In this document: positions 50,223 through 59,986 of the stretch, piece after piece
Layout of the letters: each line of letters begins with the position of its first letter
How positions within the stretch are numbered: position 1 is the first letter of the stretch
DNA from: Candidatus Caccoplasma sp.
GTDB lineage: Bacteria > Bacteroidota > Bacteroidia > Bacteroidales > G3-4614
NCBI GenBank assembly: GCA_045587545.1
Contig: JAZNCN010000028.1
Coordinates: 143,425 to 207,424 of the forward strand
Direction: 5' to 3'
DNA: 64,000 nucleotides
Notes under the pieces: generated by a model
Databases searched by the model: none
The model's input: only the letters and a program-made list of their open reading frames with translations
What the model was told of the DNA's origin: nothing
Position numbers and translations under genes: made by a program

Positions 50223-50780
50223 ATGACAAAAAAGTTTTTAAAACAAAAAGGTAATTATCGTAATTTAATTGCATATCAAAAGGCTGAGTGCATTTATGAT
50301 ATTACATACTATTTTGTACATAAATTTCTTGAAAAAGGAGATAGGACTATTGACCAAATGATTCAGGCAGCAAGAAGTGGGAAACAAAATATTGCAGAAG
50401 GGTCCTCTGCATCTACAACTTCAAGCGAAACTGAAATTAAATTAATTAATGTTGCTAAGGCAAGTTTACAAGAACTTTTAATCGACTATGAAGATTATTT
50501 AAGAGTTAGAGGTCTTGAACAATGGAATTATAATTGCGACAAAGCAACACAAACTCGTAAAATATGCTCAAAACATAATGAATCTGAATTTTACAGAAAT
50601 GCTATTTTAACAAGAAACGATGAAACAATAGCAAATATAGCTATTACTCTAATTCACCAAGAAGATGTTTTCTTGAGAAAATTACTTGATTCCTTACAAG
50701 AAACTTTTGTTGAAGATGGTGGAATAAGGGAACAAATGAGTAAAGCCAGAATAGAACATCGCAAAAATAATAAAGAATAA
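50223..50780 (+). CDS. four-helix-bundle protein (23S rRNA intervening-sequence protein / Avd family) with C-terminal extension
   Basis: YRNLIAYQKAECIYDITYYF...DQMIQAARSGKQNIAEG...LINVAKASLQELL is typical of the PF05635/TIGR02436 family. Confidence 0.75.
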   Translation: MTKKFLKQKGNYRNLIAYQKAECIYDITYYFVHKFLEKGDRTIDQMIQAARSGKQNIAEGSSASTTSSETEIKLINVAKASLQELLIDYEDYLRVRGLEQWNYNCDKATQTRKICSKHNESEFYRNAILTRNDETIANIAITLIHQEDVFLRKLLDSLQETFVEDGGIREQMSKARIEHRKNNKE

Positions 50781-50784
50781 TATT

Positions 50785-50826
50785 ATTAGACCAATTAGTC
50801 TAATTAGTCCAATTGGACCAATTAAT
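50785..50826. repeat. ATTAG-rich ~40-bp module, copy C
   Basis: attagaccaattagtctaattagtccaattggaccaattaat, right flank of the four-helix-bundle gene, followed by caactaacaact. Confidence 0.85.
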
Positions 50827-50852
50827 AAAATACAACTAACAACTTAAAAAAG

Positions 50853-52073
50853 GTGAAAACTAATATTCTTAAAAATATAAATACTTGTACTATTATTGCA
50901 TTAATTACTGCACTTGCAGTAGTTAATCAGGCAGTAACATTGCAAACATTTGATTTAGGTAATTTATACTATGCAATATTAATTTTTACTCTTTTTATTA
51001 CATTCTTTCAATCAACTATACGTAAACTTGATATTGGAATGACAATAATATACATAGCTTGTATATTAAGTATATTACTAAATGATATTAGTGCTGTTTA
51101 CAGACCTTGGGAAAGGTTTATATTATTTGTAATTGTAACTTTCACGGCCTCACCCTTTATACAATCTGATTTTTATGATAAATTTAGAGTTAATACTTTT
51201 AAATATATCCAGAATCTATGGATTATAGTTGTAATTCTATCAATTCCTGCATTACTTTTTCGAGAACAAGGCAGAACAGGTTTTGAAGGTTTTACAAGCC
51301 ACTCAATGATAATGTCATCAACAGCAGCAATGGCTATTGTAACTTTATTATATAAGTTGTATGCAAAAAAACTGACAAAAATTATAGCAATCCCTCTGAT
51401 TATTGTAGCTTTTCTTTGTATGCTATTAGCCGGTTCAAGAATTGCATTGACAGCATGTATTGGTGGGACTATATTCTTTTTATTCAGGGTATATCGTAAA
51501 AGAATGGATATATTTATAAGAATTGCAGCAACTATTATTGTTGCTATTGTTATTACATTTCCTTTGTGGGATTCTTATTTGGAAAAAATTGAACAAAAAA
51601 ATTCTGCAATTAACCAACAAACAGGAGAGGTTGACATACTTTCTTCAAGAACTCTTATTTGGGATCAACGTATTAGAGAGTTCAAAGAGAGTCCTTTAGT
51701 TGGTATAGGATTTGGATATGCCCCATATATTACCGCGTATAACGAAAGAACAGGGAAAGCTTCTTTTTTAAAGACAGAAACAGGTGTTGTTGAACCAGGT
51801 TCAGGGTGGTTGGCAATTATGTCAATGACAGGATTGTTAGGGTTGCTTGGCTTCATCTTGCTTTGGGGCAGTTCTTTTAAAAAGTGTATTCAATGTGAGA
51901 AAAAAGATAAATTATGGGGTTCTTATCTTTTTGCCATGCTGATATTTGTATCAATACAAATGATTGCTGAAGGTGGAATATATGCAGCCGGGGGTATTGA
52001 TTGTTTTAGAGTATGGATCTTAATTGGAGCTATACATGGCTCACACTCTATACTAAAAAAATATAATACATAA
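50853..52073 (+). CDS. wzy: O-antigen/capsule repeat-unit polymerase (Wzy / O-antigen ligase-like)
   Basis: 406 aa, about 10 TM, with a large loop and LLAGSRIALTAC (Wzy_C-like). GTG start as given in the ORF track. Confidence 0.7.
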   Translation: MKTNILKNINTCTIIALITALAVVNQAVTLQTFDLGNLYYAILIFTLFITFFQSTIRKLDIGMTIIYIACILSILLNDISAVYRPWERFILFVIVTFTASPFIQSDFYDKFRVNTFKYIQNLWIIVVILSIPALLFREQGRTGFEGFTSHSMIMSSTAAMAIVTLLYKLYAKKLTKIIAIPLIIVAFLCMLLAGSRIALTACIGGTIFFLFRVYRKRMDIFIRIAATIIVAIVITFPLWDSYLEKIEQKNSAINQQTGEVDILSSRTLIWDQRIREFKESPLVGIGFGYAPYITAYNERTGKASFLKTETGVVEPGSGWLAIMSMTGLLGLLGFILLWGSSFKKCIQCEKKDKLWGSYLFAMLIFVSIQMIAEGGIYAAGGIDCFRVWILIGAIHGSHSILKKYNT

Positions 52074-52078
52074 AATAT

Positions 52079-53146
52079 ATGATTTCTGTAATTGAAAATA
52101 TTAACGATTTTGAAAAACTTAAAAATGATTGGGATATGATATACAATTCAGGAAAAGAATATACCATTTTTCAATCATTTGACTATAACTATATCTCATG
52201 GAAATCTTTATTAAGAAATAATTCCACAAATAAATTATACATTTTAACATACTACCAATGCGAAGGATACAATAAATGTGAAGCTATATTTCCATTTTAC
52301 CTAAATAAAAATAGACAATTACATTTCATCAATGAAGCTCATTCAGATATATGTGATTGTATAATATCTTCTGAAATTGAAAATTGCTTTGATATAATAT
52401 GGGAATTACATTCATTCATTAAAGATGATAAAAATATTAAGAGTATATTTCTTGATAATATGAGATATAATTCACCCTTAATCTCATATTACAAAGTTTT
52501 TTGTTCTAATGCTTTTTTATTTTCTCAAACAGAATATTCATATATAAAAAGAGAAATCTCTGATGATCCCATACAGGATTTATCATATCTAAAAGCAAAA
52601 AACAGGAAAAATATTAAATGTAGATATAATGAAAGTTGTAAGTTCTCATATAAATTATTTTTAAAGAAAGAAAATTACAACTTCCCTAATAATGAAATTA
52701 ATTATCTTGTATCTGAAATGATAAAAACAGGTATTCGCTCAAAAGAATATTTTAATCCCTTGATGATTAATTTCTGGAAAGAGCTATACAATAATAACCT
52801 TTTAGAGATACCCATTCTTTATGATGGCAGCAACAATCCAATATCAGCAGGATTAATATTTTCAAATACTAAAAAAAATGAATATATAAGATGGATTGTT
52901 TTATATAAAGAGAGTAAATACAATTTGTATAACGTAATAAGACATTGGATTGAAAGAAATAAAAACTCTGAGACAACTATTAATTTTGGACGGGGGGGAT
53001 ATGAATATAAGATGACGTTATTTAAACCTAATGTTGAACCTTTATTCCGATTAATGTATTCAAAAACTCTTTGGGGCAACTTATATATTTTCTTTAAGAT
53101 CAATATCTCTCATTTAAGGAAAACAATTAATACATTACGAAAATGA
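52079..53146 (+). CDS. GNAT-like (CelD/BioF2-like) acyltransferase family protein
   Basis: 355 aa with N-terminal W..L......IFQS.DY. The family call is tentative. Contains a G7 tract at 52992-52998. Confidence 0.45.
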   Translation: MISVIENINDFEKLKNDWDMIYNSGKEYTIFQSFDYNYISWKSLLRNNSTNKLYILTYYQCEGYNKCEAIFPFYLNKNRQLHFINEAHSDICDCIISSEIENCFDIIWELHSFIKDDKNIKSIFLDNMRYNSPLISYYKVFCSNAFLFSQTEYSYIKREISDDPIQDLSYLKAKNRKNIKCRYNESCKFSYKLFLKKENYNFPNNEINYLVSEMIKTGIRSKEYFNPLMINFWKELYNNNLLEIPILYDGSNNPISAGLIFSNTKKNEYIRWIVLYKESKYNLYNVIRHWIERNKNSETTINFGRGGYEYKMTLFKPNVEPLFRLMYSKTLWGNLYIFFKINISHLRKTINTLRK

Positions 53147-54201
53147 AAACATTTGCAATATTAATGGAGCCTGCATCATATACAATCGATAGGAATAAAG
53201 CTGTATATGATAAATTGGGTATTGAATATTGTTATATGCGTTCAGCGTCTGAAGCATCAAATATCAAAGATGATGCAATATGTATTGAAAATTATAACTT
53301 CTTCAAGAAGTTTTCATTCTTAAAGAAAGTATTATCAAAATACGATTGTATAATTATGAATGGGTATGTATCAATTGAATTTTACATACTTTTTATCTTA
53401 AATTTATTTTATAAAAAGACAATAGGCATTGATTCTGACACGCGATATTCTCGCCCAAAATCATTTATCAAATATCAAATAAAAAAATTTATTTTAAAAA
53501 TAATTTTTTCAAATAAATATATACATGGTTTAGCCGGAGGGACACAAACTCATTTTGATTTATTCACAAAATATGGAATGAATAAAAAAAGAGTTCTACT
53601 AATGCCAATGATGATAGATAATAATAAATTTAGAGATGAAAATTATTTAAATAAACCATATAGTCCTTTCACATTTTTATACGTCGGCAGACTCATTGAA
53701 TGTAAAAATTTAGATGTAATGTTTAAGGCATTTTTTAAATTATCTAAAACAAATAATAATGTAAAACTTAATATTGTTGGTGGGGGGATATTAGAAGATT
53801 ATTATAAAGAAAAATATAGAAACGACAATCTCATTTTTAAAGGAAAAAAATTTGGAAATGATTTGCATAATGAATATAAAAATGCAAATGCTTTTATTCT
53901 TCCTTCAAGTAGCGAAGAGTGGGGATTGGTAATAAATGAAGCAATGTCTGCCGGATTACCTGTTATTGTAAGCAATGAGGTTGGAGCAAAGTATGATTTA
54001 GTGGATAATAAAAAGACAGGATATGTTTTCAACTATAATTCTGAAGATGAATTATATAAATATATGTGCAATATAATATCTGATGAAAAGGGTTATAGAG
54101 AGATGAGTAGCAATGCTTATAATCTTATGCATAATTATTGGAATTATAGTCTATATGAGAAGTGTTTGAAAGATTTTATAAATATTGCCTCTAATAAATA
54201 A
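53143..54201 (+). CDS. glycosyltransferase family 4
   Basis: LPSSSEEWGLVINEAMSAGLPVIVS motif. Confidence 0.85.
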   Translation: MKTFAILMEPASYTIDRNKAVYDKLGIEYCYMRSASEASNIKDDAICIENYNFFKKFSFLKKVLSKYDCIIMNGYVSIEFYILFILNLFYKKTIGIDSDTRYSRPKSFIKYQIKKFILKIIFSNKYIHGLAGGTQTHFDLFTKYGMNKKRVLLMPMMIDNNKFRDENYLNKPYSPFTFLYVGRLIECKNLDVMFKAFFKLSKTNNNVKLNIVGGGILEDYYKEKYRNDNLIFKGKKFGNDLHNEYKNANAFILPSSSEEWGLVINEAMSAGLPVIVSNEVGAKYDLVDNKKTGYVFNYNSEDELYKYMCNIISDEKGYREMSSNAYNLMHNYWNYSLYEKCLKDFINIASNK

Positions 54202-54218
54202 TTTGATAATTTCACGCT

Positions 54219-54944
54219 ATGAACCCAATAAAAGAAATTCTTTTAAAAGTATCAGCTATGTTAAACAAGAATAGAGAGAGTAAAATTCTATTCTATCACG
54301 ATGTTTTTAGCCATACTCAATATACCGATATGGGTACAGATATTGAGTTGTTTAAACAACATATTGATACTATCGTAAAGTGCAGGTTTGATATTGTTCC
54401 TAAAATTACTGAAAAGAAAAATCAAATTCAAATATGTTTTGATGACGGATTTAAAGGTATATATGATACAAAAGATGTTTTTGAGAAATATAATATAAAA
54501 CCTACCGTATTTTTAGCTGTTAACCTTATTGGTAAAGAGGGATACTTAAATAATAATGAGATTTTAGAGTTGCAAGATTGCGGGTTCATTTTTCAATCAC
54601 ACGCTTGGTCGCATAAAAATCTTACTGAATTTTCAGGGCAAGATTTAGAGAGGGAAATTTCGGGTAGTAAAAAGTATATTTCAGAGTTACTAAACAAAGA
54701 GGTGGACGAAATATGTTTCCCGATAGGTTTTTTCTCAAAAGAGGTATATGATAGCTGCATTAATGCAGGATATAAGATATTATATTCTAGTATTCCCGGC
54801 AACTATTACGATTTTATAATATATGATAAAATAAAAACCCGAAATTTAATACAATTTTATTCTCCCAAGATTGTTAAATCAGTTCTGTTTGGAGCTTTAA
54901 AACCTTTTAAGATGAGATATATCAAGAATCACTTTATAAAATAG
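54219..54944 (+). CDS. polysaccharide deacetylase (CE4) family protein
   Basis: ICFDDGFKG...FQSHAWSH...ICFPIG pattern. Confidence 0.75.
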   Translation: MNPIKEILLKVSAMLNKNRESKILFYHDVFSHTQYTDMGTDIELFKQHIDTIVKCRFDIVPKITEKKNQIQICFDDGFKGIYDTKDVFEKYNIKPTVFLAVNLIGKEGYLNNNEILELQDCGFIFQSHAWSHKNLTEFSGQDLEREISGSKKYISELLNKEVDEICFPIGFFSKEVYDSCINAGYKILYSSIPGNYYDFIIYDKIKTRNLIQFYSPKIVKSVLFGALKPFKMRYIKNHFIK

Positions 54945-54954
54945 ATTTGTATTA

Positions 54955-56007
54955 ATGCCAAAGCCAATATACGACATAGTATTTTTAACCGGGACTCCTT
55001 CGTTCTACAAAACCAATCTCTTTAATTGCATTGCAAATGAGAGAAAGGTTTTAGTTGTATATTGCGGGTACTATGACGGTGCTGAAAATTCTTCGGAAGA
55101 TGAATTAAACGAGTGTAAATTTGATTATAAATTTATTTACAAAAGAGATATTGAACAACGTAATAAAATAAAGTGTTTCTTTAAACTCATTTCTGTTTTA
55201 AGAAAGATTAAATACAAAAAGATTATTCATGAGGGGTGGTATATTCCCGAATATATTATTCTTTCATTCCTCACCCCAAAGCGTAAAAATGCGACTATGT
55301 GCGAAAGCACAATTTATGAATCAAATATTTCGGGTTTAAGAGGTTTTATTAAACGAGTTATTATAAACAGGTGTTCTACTGCCCTACCCTCAGGAACTGC
55401 TCATAAAGCTATTTTCGATGCTATTGGGTTTAAAGGTGATATTTATATTACAGGCGGGGTTGGCATTTTTCATAAACCTGAAAGGTTTATTGATAAAGAT
55501 AAAATATCAATAGAAAAAAAATACCTTTATGTTGGCAGATTGATTGAATGTAAGAACTTGCGATTCTTAATTGAACGCTTTAACAAGAACGGAAAACATC
55601 TGACTATTGTTGGAAAAGGAGAACTAGAACAAGAGTTAAAGACTTTATCAAAAGATAATATTACTTTTAAAGGCTTTGTTGAAAACGACAAACTACCCGA
55701 AGTTTACAAAGAGCATGATATTTTTATTTTGCCATCAAGAACCGAGACATGGGGTTTGGTTGTTGAAGAGGCTATTTATTGGGGATTACCTGTTGTTGTA
55801 AGCGACAGAGTTGGTTGCGGTAATGAAATGGTTATCACACCAAAGACAGGTGTTACTTTTGAATTGGATAATATTGACTCTTTCAACTTGGCAATTAACG
55901 ACATAGAACAAAATTATAAGCAATACCGAGATAATGCCATTGCTGTTGATTTTGAGGAAAGAGATACAAAGCAGATAAAATGCTTTGTATCAGTTGTTAG
56001 AAATTAA
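54955..56007 (+). CDS. glycosyltransferase family 4
   Basis: LPSRTETWGLVVEEAIYWGLPVVVS motif. Confidence 0.85.
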   Translation: MPKPIYDIVFLTGTPSFYKTNLFNCIANERKVLVVYCGYYDGAENSSEDELNECKFDYKFIYKRDIEQRNKIKCFFKLISVLRKIKYKKIIHEGWYIPEYIILSFLTPKRKNATMCESTIYESNISGLRGFIKRVIINRCSTALPSGTAHKAIFDAIGFKGDIYITGGVGIFHKPERFIDKDKISIEKKYLYVGRLIECKNLRFLIERFNKNGKHLTIVGKGELEQELKTLSKDNITFKGFVENDKLPEVYKEHDIFILPSRTETWGLVVEEAIYWGLPVVVSDRVGCGNEMVITPKTGVTFELDNIDSFNLAINDIEQNYKQYRDNAIAVDFEERDTKQIKCFVSVVRN

Positions 56008-56074
56008 ATAAGGTCAATAATAAAAGTTGTTAGTTTTCAACTTCGTTGCCCTACGGGTAGTTGTTAGATTTATT

Positions 56075-56113
56075 ATGACAAAAAAGTTTTTAAAGCAAAT
56101 TAATGCCGTTTAA
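56075..56113 (+). pseudogene. 5' remnant of a four-helix-bundle gene (12 codons, MTKKFLKQINAV*)
   Basis: atgacaaaaaagtttttaaagcaaa matches the first 25 nt of the intact gene at 50223 in 24 of 25 positions. It then joins directly to an ATTAG module (56118-56151). Confidence 0.7.
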
Positions 56114-56117
56114 GTTT

Positions 56118-56151
56118 TTAGACTAATTAGTCTAATTGGACAAATTAATAG
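56118..56151. repeat. ATTAG-rich module, copy D
   Basis: ttagactaattagtctaattggacaaattaatag. Confidence 0.8.
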
Positions 56152-56188
56152 ATTTAATAATAACGTACTAATTCCTAATTTAACAATT

Positions 56189-57280
56189 ATGAAAGTACTA
56201 CATACAATATCAGGATTGAGTAAGAGTAGCGGAGGGCCGTCTTCGTGTACTTATAATCTGCTTAAAGGGTTGAATAATGCAGGGGTAGAGGCTGATGTGC
56301 TAACTATTAATAGTGGTGATGTTATTGGTGATGATAACTTTATTATTGCTGTTGATAACGATGCTCAAAACCCATTTGTTTATAGTAAAAATTTTAAGGA
56401 TAAACTTCGCACAGGCAAACAATATGATATTTACCATGCCAATGGTTTATGGACATATCCTTCGCATGCTACTGCGGAATGGGCAATGAGAAACAACAAG
56501 CCTTTTATTATTGCTCCTCATGGTATGCTATACCCTGCCGGATTGGATTCTAAACCTTGGAAAAAGAGATTGGCTCTTGCTCTTTTTCAACGCAGAGATT
56601 TGAATAATGCTACTCTTATTCAGGCTACATGCAGTAAAGAGGCAGAATATATTGAAGCTCTTGGTTTTAAAACACCTATTGAGATTATCCCAAACTGCTT
56701 GGATATAAAACTTTCTCCTATAAGAGAGAAAGAGAATTCTGTTAAACGTTTTGGTTTTGTAGGTAGAATCAACCCTATAAAAAATATTCACCTACTATTA
56801 GAGGCTTGGGCAAAACTTGGCAGTAAAACTGATAACTGCGAACTTATAATTGCTGGTGATGGAGATGTTTTATATAAGAAACATCTTACCGACTTTGTTG
56901 CAGACAAAGAGTTGAACAATGTTGTTTTTTGTGGTTTTTTAAGTGGTAATGAACTGACTGAAATGGTTAGCAGTTTTGATTATCAACTATTGGTAAGTAA
57001 ATCAGAGAACTTTGGTATGGTTATTCCTGAGGCCCTTATTTGTGGTGTACCATGCATTGCAACTCAAGGCACTCCATGGGGAGAGCTAAACTCTCATAAC
57101 TGCGGTTGGTGGATTAATGATGGTATTGACAATATTGCATCTGCCATCGAAAATGCAATATCTACTACTGAAACTGACCGTAAAGCAATGGGATTGCGTG
57201 GCAGACAACTTGTTATTGATAACTACTCGGTATCCGCTGTTACTGATAAACTTATATCTGTTTACAAGAAACTGATATAA
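56189..57280 (+). CDS. glycosyltransferase family 4
   Basis: SENFGMVIPEALICGVPCIATQGTPWGELNSHNCGWWI. Paralogue of the next gene. Confidence 0.85.
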   Translation: MKVLHTISGLSKSSGGPSSCTYNLLKGLNNAGVEADVLTINSGDVIGDDNFIIAVDNDAQNPFVYSKNFKDKLRTGKQYDIYHANGLWTYPSHATAEWAMRNNKPFIIAPHGMLYPAGLDSKPWKKRLALALFQRRDLNNATLIQATCSKEAEYIEALGFKTPIEIIPNCLDIKLSPIREKENSVKRFGFVGRINPIKNIHLLLEAWAKLGSKTDNCELIIAGDGDVLYKKHLTDFVADKELNNVVFCGFLSGNELTEMVSSFDYQLLVSKSENFGMVIPEALICGVPCIATQGTPWGELNSHNCGWWINDGIDNIASAIENAISTTETDRKAMGLRGRQLVIDNYSVSAVTDKLISVYKKLI

Positions 57281-57322
57281 GTTTTTTAGAATTAGAAATT
57301 AGGGATAAGGAATTAGATGTTT

Positions 57323-57365
57323 AAATTAGACCAATTAGACTAATTAGTCCAATTTGACAAATTAG
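57323..57365. repeat. ATTAG-rich module, copy E
   Basis: aaattagaccaattagactaattagtccaatttgacaaattag, preceded by further aattag motifs at 57289-57316. Confidence 0.85.
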
Positions 57366-57370
57366 AAGCG

Positions 57371-57416
57371 CAACTAACAACTAACAACTAACAACTAACA
57401 ACTAACAACTAACAAC
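57371..57416. repeat. tandem heptanucleotide array (CAACTAA) x6 plus caac, directly abutting a TTG start
   Basis: Units at 57371, 57378, 57385, 57392, 57399 and 57406. Same sequence and orientation as 37363-37408. Confidence 0.95.
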
Positions 57417-58526
57417 TTGAAGATTCTTGAAACCATAACTGATTTGAATTTGTCGAGCGGAGGGGCTGTTACCTCTACTCTGAATAGTTATGGACTTTTG
57501 AGAGATAGGGGTATTGATATTGATATGGTTACTCTACTGCCCTACTCTGATGATGATGCATATTTGGGAGATAGTTATGATGGTATTAATGCTTTGCCTT
57601 TTGATGGTAAAACTCAATTTGTTTATAGCAAGAATTTGAAAAAATTCTTGGAATCAAATAGAGTTTATGATATTTATCACGCTAATGGTATTTGGACTTA
57701 CCCTACTTATAAAACCATACGAGTTGCAAGAAAAGAGGATAAACCATGTATTGTTACAATTCATGGCATGCTCAATAGAGATGCTCTTAAGATGACATCT
57801 TTTAAGAAACAACTCTTTCTTAAACTTTTTCAAAAACAAGATTTGCAAAGTGTTGCATATATACATGCCACAAGTGAATATGAGGCTGAATGTATAAGAG
57901 AGTTGGGGATTACCACCTCTATTGCTGTTATTCCTAACGGAGTTGTTGATTATGGGAAAAAACACTTAATAAGTAGTGATGGCATTATTCGGTTTGGATT
58001 TGTTGGAAGAACTGACCCTGTAAAAAATATTGATGTACTTCTTTCGGCTTGGCAAAAGCTTGGTAATTACACAAAAAATTGTCAACTAACTATTATTGGT
58101 GGTGGGAACGACCCCGAATATTCAAAAAAATTACATACCTTTGTAAGTGAGCATAATATGAACAATGTTGTGTTTACAGGATTACTCTCAAAAGAGAATG
58201 CATTACAAGAGATGGCAAAATTGGATTATCTGATTTTGCCAAGCCGTTCTGAAAATTTTGGTATGGTTATTCCTGAAGCTTTAAGTATGGGTATTCCTTG
58301 TATTGCATCAAAAGGTACTCCTTGGAATGAGTTAAACACTCACAATTGCGGTTGGTGGATTGATGGTAACGAAAAGAGTTTATGTGGTACTATTAAAAAC
58401 GCATTAAATACTCCAACAGAAGAGTATAATTTAATGGCAACAAATGGTGTTAATTTAGTTAAGGAGAAATACTCTATTGATAAAACTGTTGACGGATTAA
58501 TTAATTTGTATAAAGCTTTAATTTAA
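57417..58526 (+). CDS. glycosyltransferase family 4 (TTG start)
   Basis: SENFGMVIPEALSMGIPCIASKGTPWNELNTHNCGWWI. The N-terminus MKILETITDL aligns with MKVLHTISGL of the paralogue, which supports the TTG at 57417. Confidence 0.8.
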   Translation: MKILETITDLNLSSGGAVTSTLNSYGLLRDRGIDIDMVTLLPYSDDDAYLGDSYDGINALPFDGKTQFVYSKNLKKFLESNRVYDIYHANGIWTYPTYKTIRVARKEDKPCIVTIHGMLNRDALKMTSFKKQLFLKLFQKQDLQSVAYIHATSEYEAECIRELGITTSIAVIPNGVVDYGKKHLISSDGIIRFGFVGRTDPVKNIDVLLSAWQKLGNYTKNCQLTIIGGGNDPEYSKKLHTFVSEHNMNNVVFTGLLSKENALQEMAKLDYLILPSRSENFGMVIPEALSMGIPCIASKGTPWNELNTHNCGWWIDGNEKSLCGTIKNALNTPTEEYNLMATNGVNLVKEKYSIDKTVDGLINLYKALI

Positions 58527-58535
58527 TAATATATT

Positions 58536-59099
58536 ATGGGTAATGAATTACTGATAGGCAAAGATTATAAAAACAATCTCTCAGTTAAGAACAAATTGGG
58601 CAGATTAATTTGGAATATCTGTTATTGGTTTTTATTTAGACCATTACCAACAAAATTTTTCAATTGGTGGAGAGCTTTTATATTAAAATTGTTTGGTGCT
58701 AAAATTGGCAAAAACAATACAATATACCCTTCTGCAAGGGTTTGGGCTCCTTGGAACTTAATTATTGGCAATAATAGTTGTATTAGCAATGGTGTAAATT
58801 TATATAATACAGGACCAATTATAATAGGTAATAATACTATTATATCTGAAAGGGTCTTCATTTGTCCAGGAAGTCATGATATTTCTGATCCAAATTTTCC
58901 TATGATACCTTCCTCTATTAAAATAGAAGATAAAGTATGGATTGCAGCCGAAGCATTTATTGGTCCAAAAGTTACTATTGGAGAAGGGGCGGTTGTTGGA
59001 GCAAGGGCTGCCGTTTTTAAAGATGTTGAACCTTGGAGTGTTGTAGGTGGTAATCCTGCAGTATTTTTGAAAAAACGTGTAATTAAAGAGCAATGTTAG
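58536..59099 (+). CDS. hexapeptide-repeat O-acetyltransferase (WcaF-like)
   Basis: Left-handed beta-helix repeats (IGNNSCISNGVNLYN..IIIGNNTIISERV...IGEGAVVGARAAV). Confidence 0.8.
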   Translation: MGNELLIGKDYKNNLSVKNKLGRLIWNICYWFLFRPLPTKFFNWWRAFILKLFGAKIGKNNTIYPSARVWAPWNLIIGNNSCISNGVNLYNTGPIIIGNNTIISERVFICPGSHDISDPNFPMIPSSIKIEDKVWIAAEAFIGPKVTIGEGAVVGARAAVFKDVEPWSVVGGNPAVFLKKRVIKEQC

Positions 59100-59977
59100 A
59101 TTTAACAGTAATAGTTCTGACATATAATGAAGAGTTGCATATTCGCCGTTGTTTGGAGAATATAAAAATGTTCTGTAACAAAATATATGTTATAGACTCT
59201 TTTTCTACAGACAAAACGGTTGAAATTTGTAAAGATTTAGGAGCAGTTGTTCTACAAAACAGATGGCCAGGCAACCAAGCAGAACAGTTTAATTGGGCAT
59301 TAGATAATATTAATATTAAAACAGAATGGATATTACGTTTAGATGCTGATGAATACCTACTCCCTGAATTAATTGATGAATTAAAAAACAGACTACCTAA
59401 AATTCCAGAAAATATATCAGGTGTTAGCCTTAAAAGACGCCATATATTTTTAGGGAAATGGATAAAAAAAGGAACATATCCTGTTATTATTTTAAGAATG
59501 TTTAGAAATGGCAAAGGCAGATGCGAACAAAGATTGATGGATGAGCATCTGATTTTGTCAGAAGGAGAGACAATTACTTTTGAAAATGATTTTGTTGACC
59601 ACAACTTAAATACATTAATGTGGTGGATAGAGAAACATAATAACTACGCCATAAGAGAAGCAGTTGAGTTATTAGATTTGGAATTAAATTTATCTCAGAA
59701 ACAATCAGACAAAGAAATTTCAAGGAAAGAAAAGGACAAAAAACTATATATAAAAATCCCTATTTTCATAAGAGCTTTTATATATTTCTGCATAAGATAT
59801 TTTATAAAAGGTGGATTTTTAGAAGGCAAAGAGGGCTTTCTTTGGCATTTTTTACAAGGGTTATGGTATCGCACTCTTGTTGATGCAAAAGTTTTTGAAA
59901 TAAAAAAACATTGCAACGGTAATAAGCAGGAAATTATAAATTATATTAATACTACATATAATATCCGCCTTAACTGA
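59093..59977 (+). CDS. glycosyltransferase family 2
   Basis: VIVLTYNEELHIRRCLENI...VIDSFSTDKT...RLDADE. Confidence 0.85.
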   Translation: MLDLTVIVLTYNEELHIRRCLENIKMFCNKIYVIDSFSTDKTVEICKDLGAVVLQNRWPGNQAEQFNWALDNINIKTEWILRLDADEYLLPELIDELKNRLPKIPENISGVSLKRRHIFLGKWIKKGTYPVIILRMFRNGKGRCEQRLMDEHLILSEGETITFENDFVDHNLNTLMWWIEKHNNYAIREAVELLDLELNLSQKQSDKEISRKEKDKKLYIKIPIFIRAFIYFCIRYFIKGGFLEGKEGFLWHFLQGLWYRTLVDAKVFEIKKHCNGNKQEIINYINTTYNIRLN

Positions 59978-59986
59978 TAAATTATT

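Noticed and set aside
50223-50780. Four-helix-bundle (Avd-family) gene as the accessory protein of a local DGR acting on the 8.9-kb candidate VR
   Set aside because: No reverse transcriptase ORF or template repeat is adjacent or anywhere in the window. The gene sits 41 kb from the candidate VR inside a glycosyltransferase cluster. This family is abundant in Bacteroidota outside DGRs.
59083-59604. 173-aa minus-strand ORF
   Set aside because: It lies entirely antisense to the GT2 gene 59093..59977, which has clear family motifs. Its sequence is low-complexity, as expected for a shadow ORF in AT-rich DNA. The same reasoning applies to the other short antisense ORFs in the track, for example 1790..2011, 4778..4978, 10269..10574, 12403..12711, 28280..28753 and 34212..34589.
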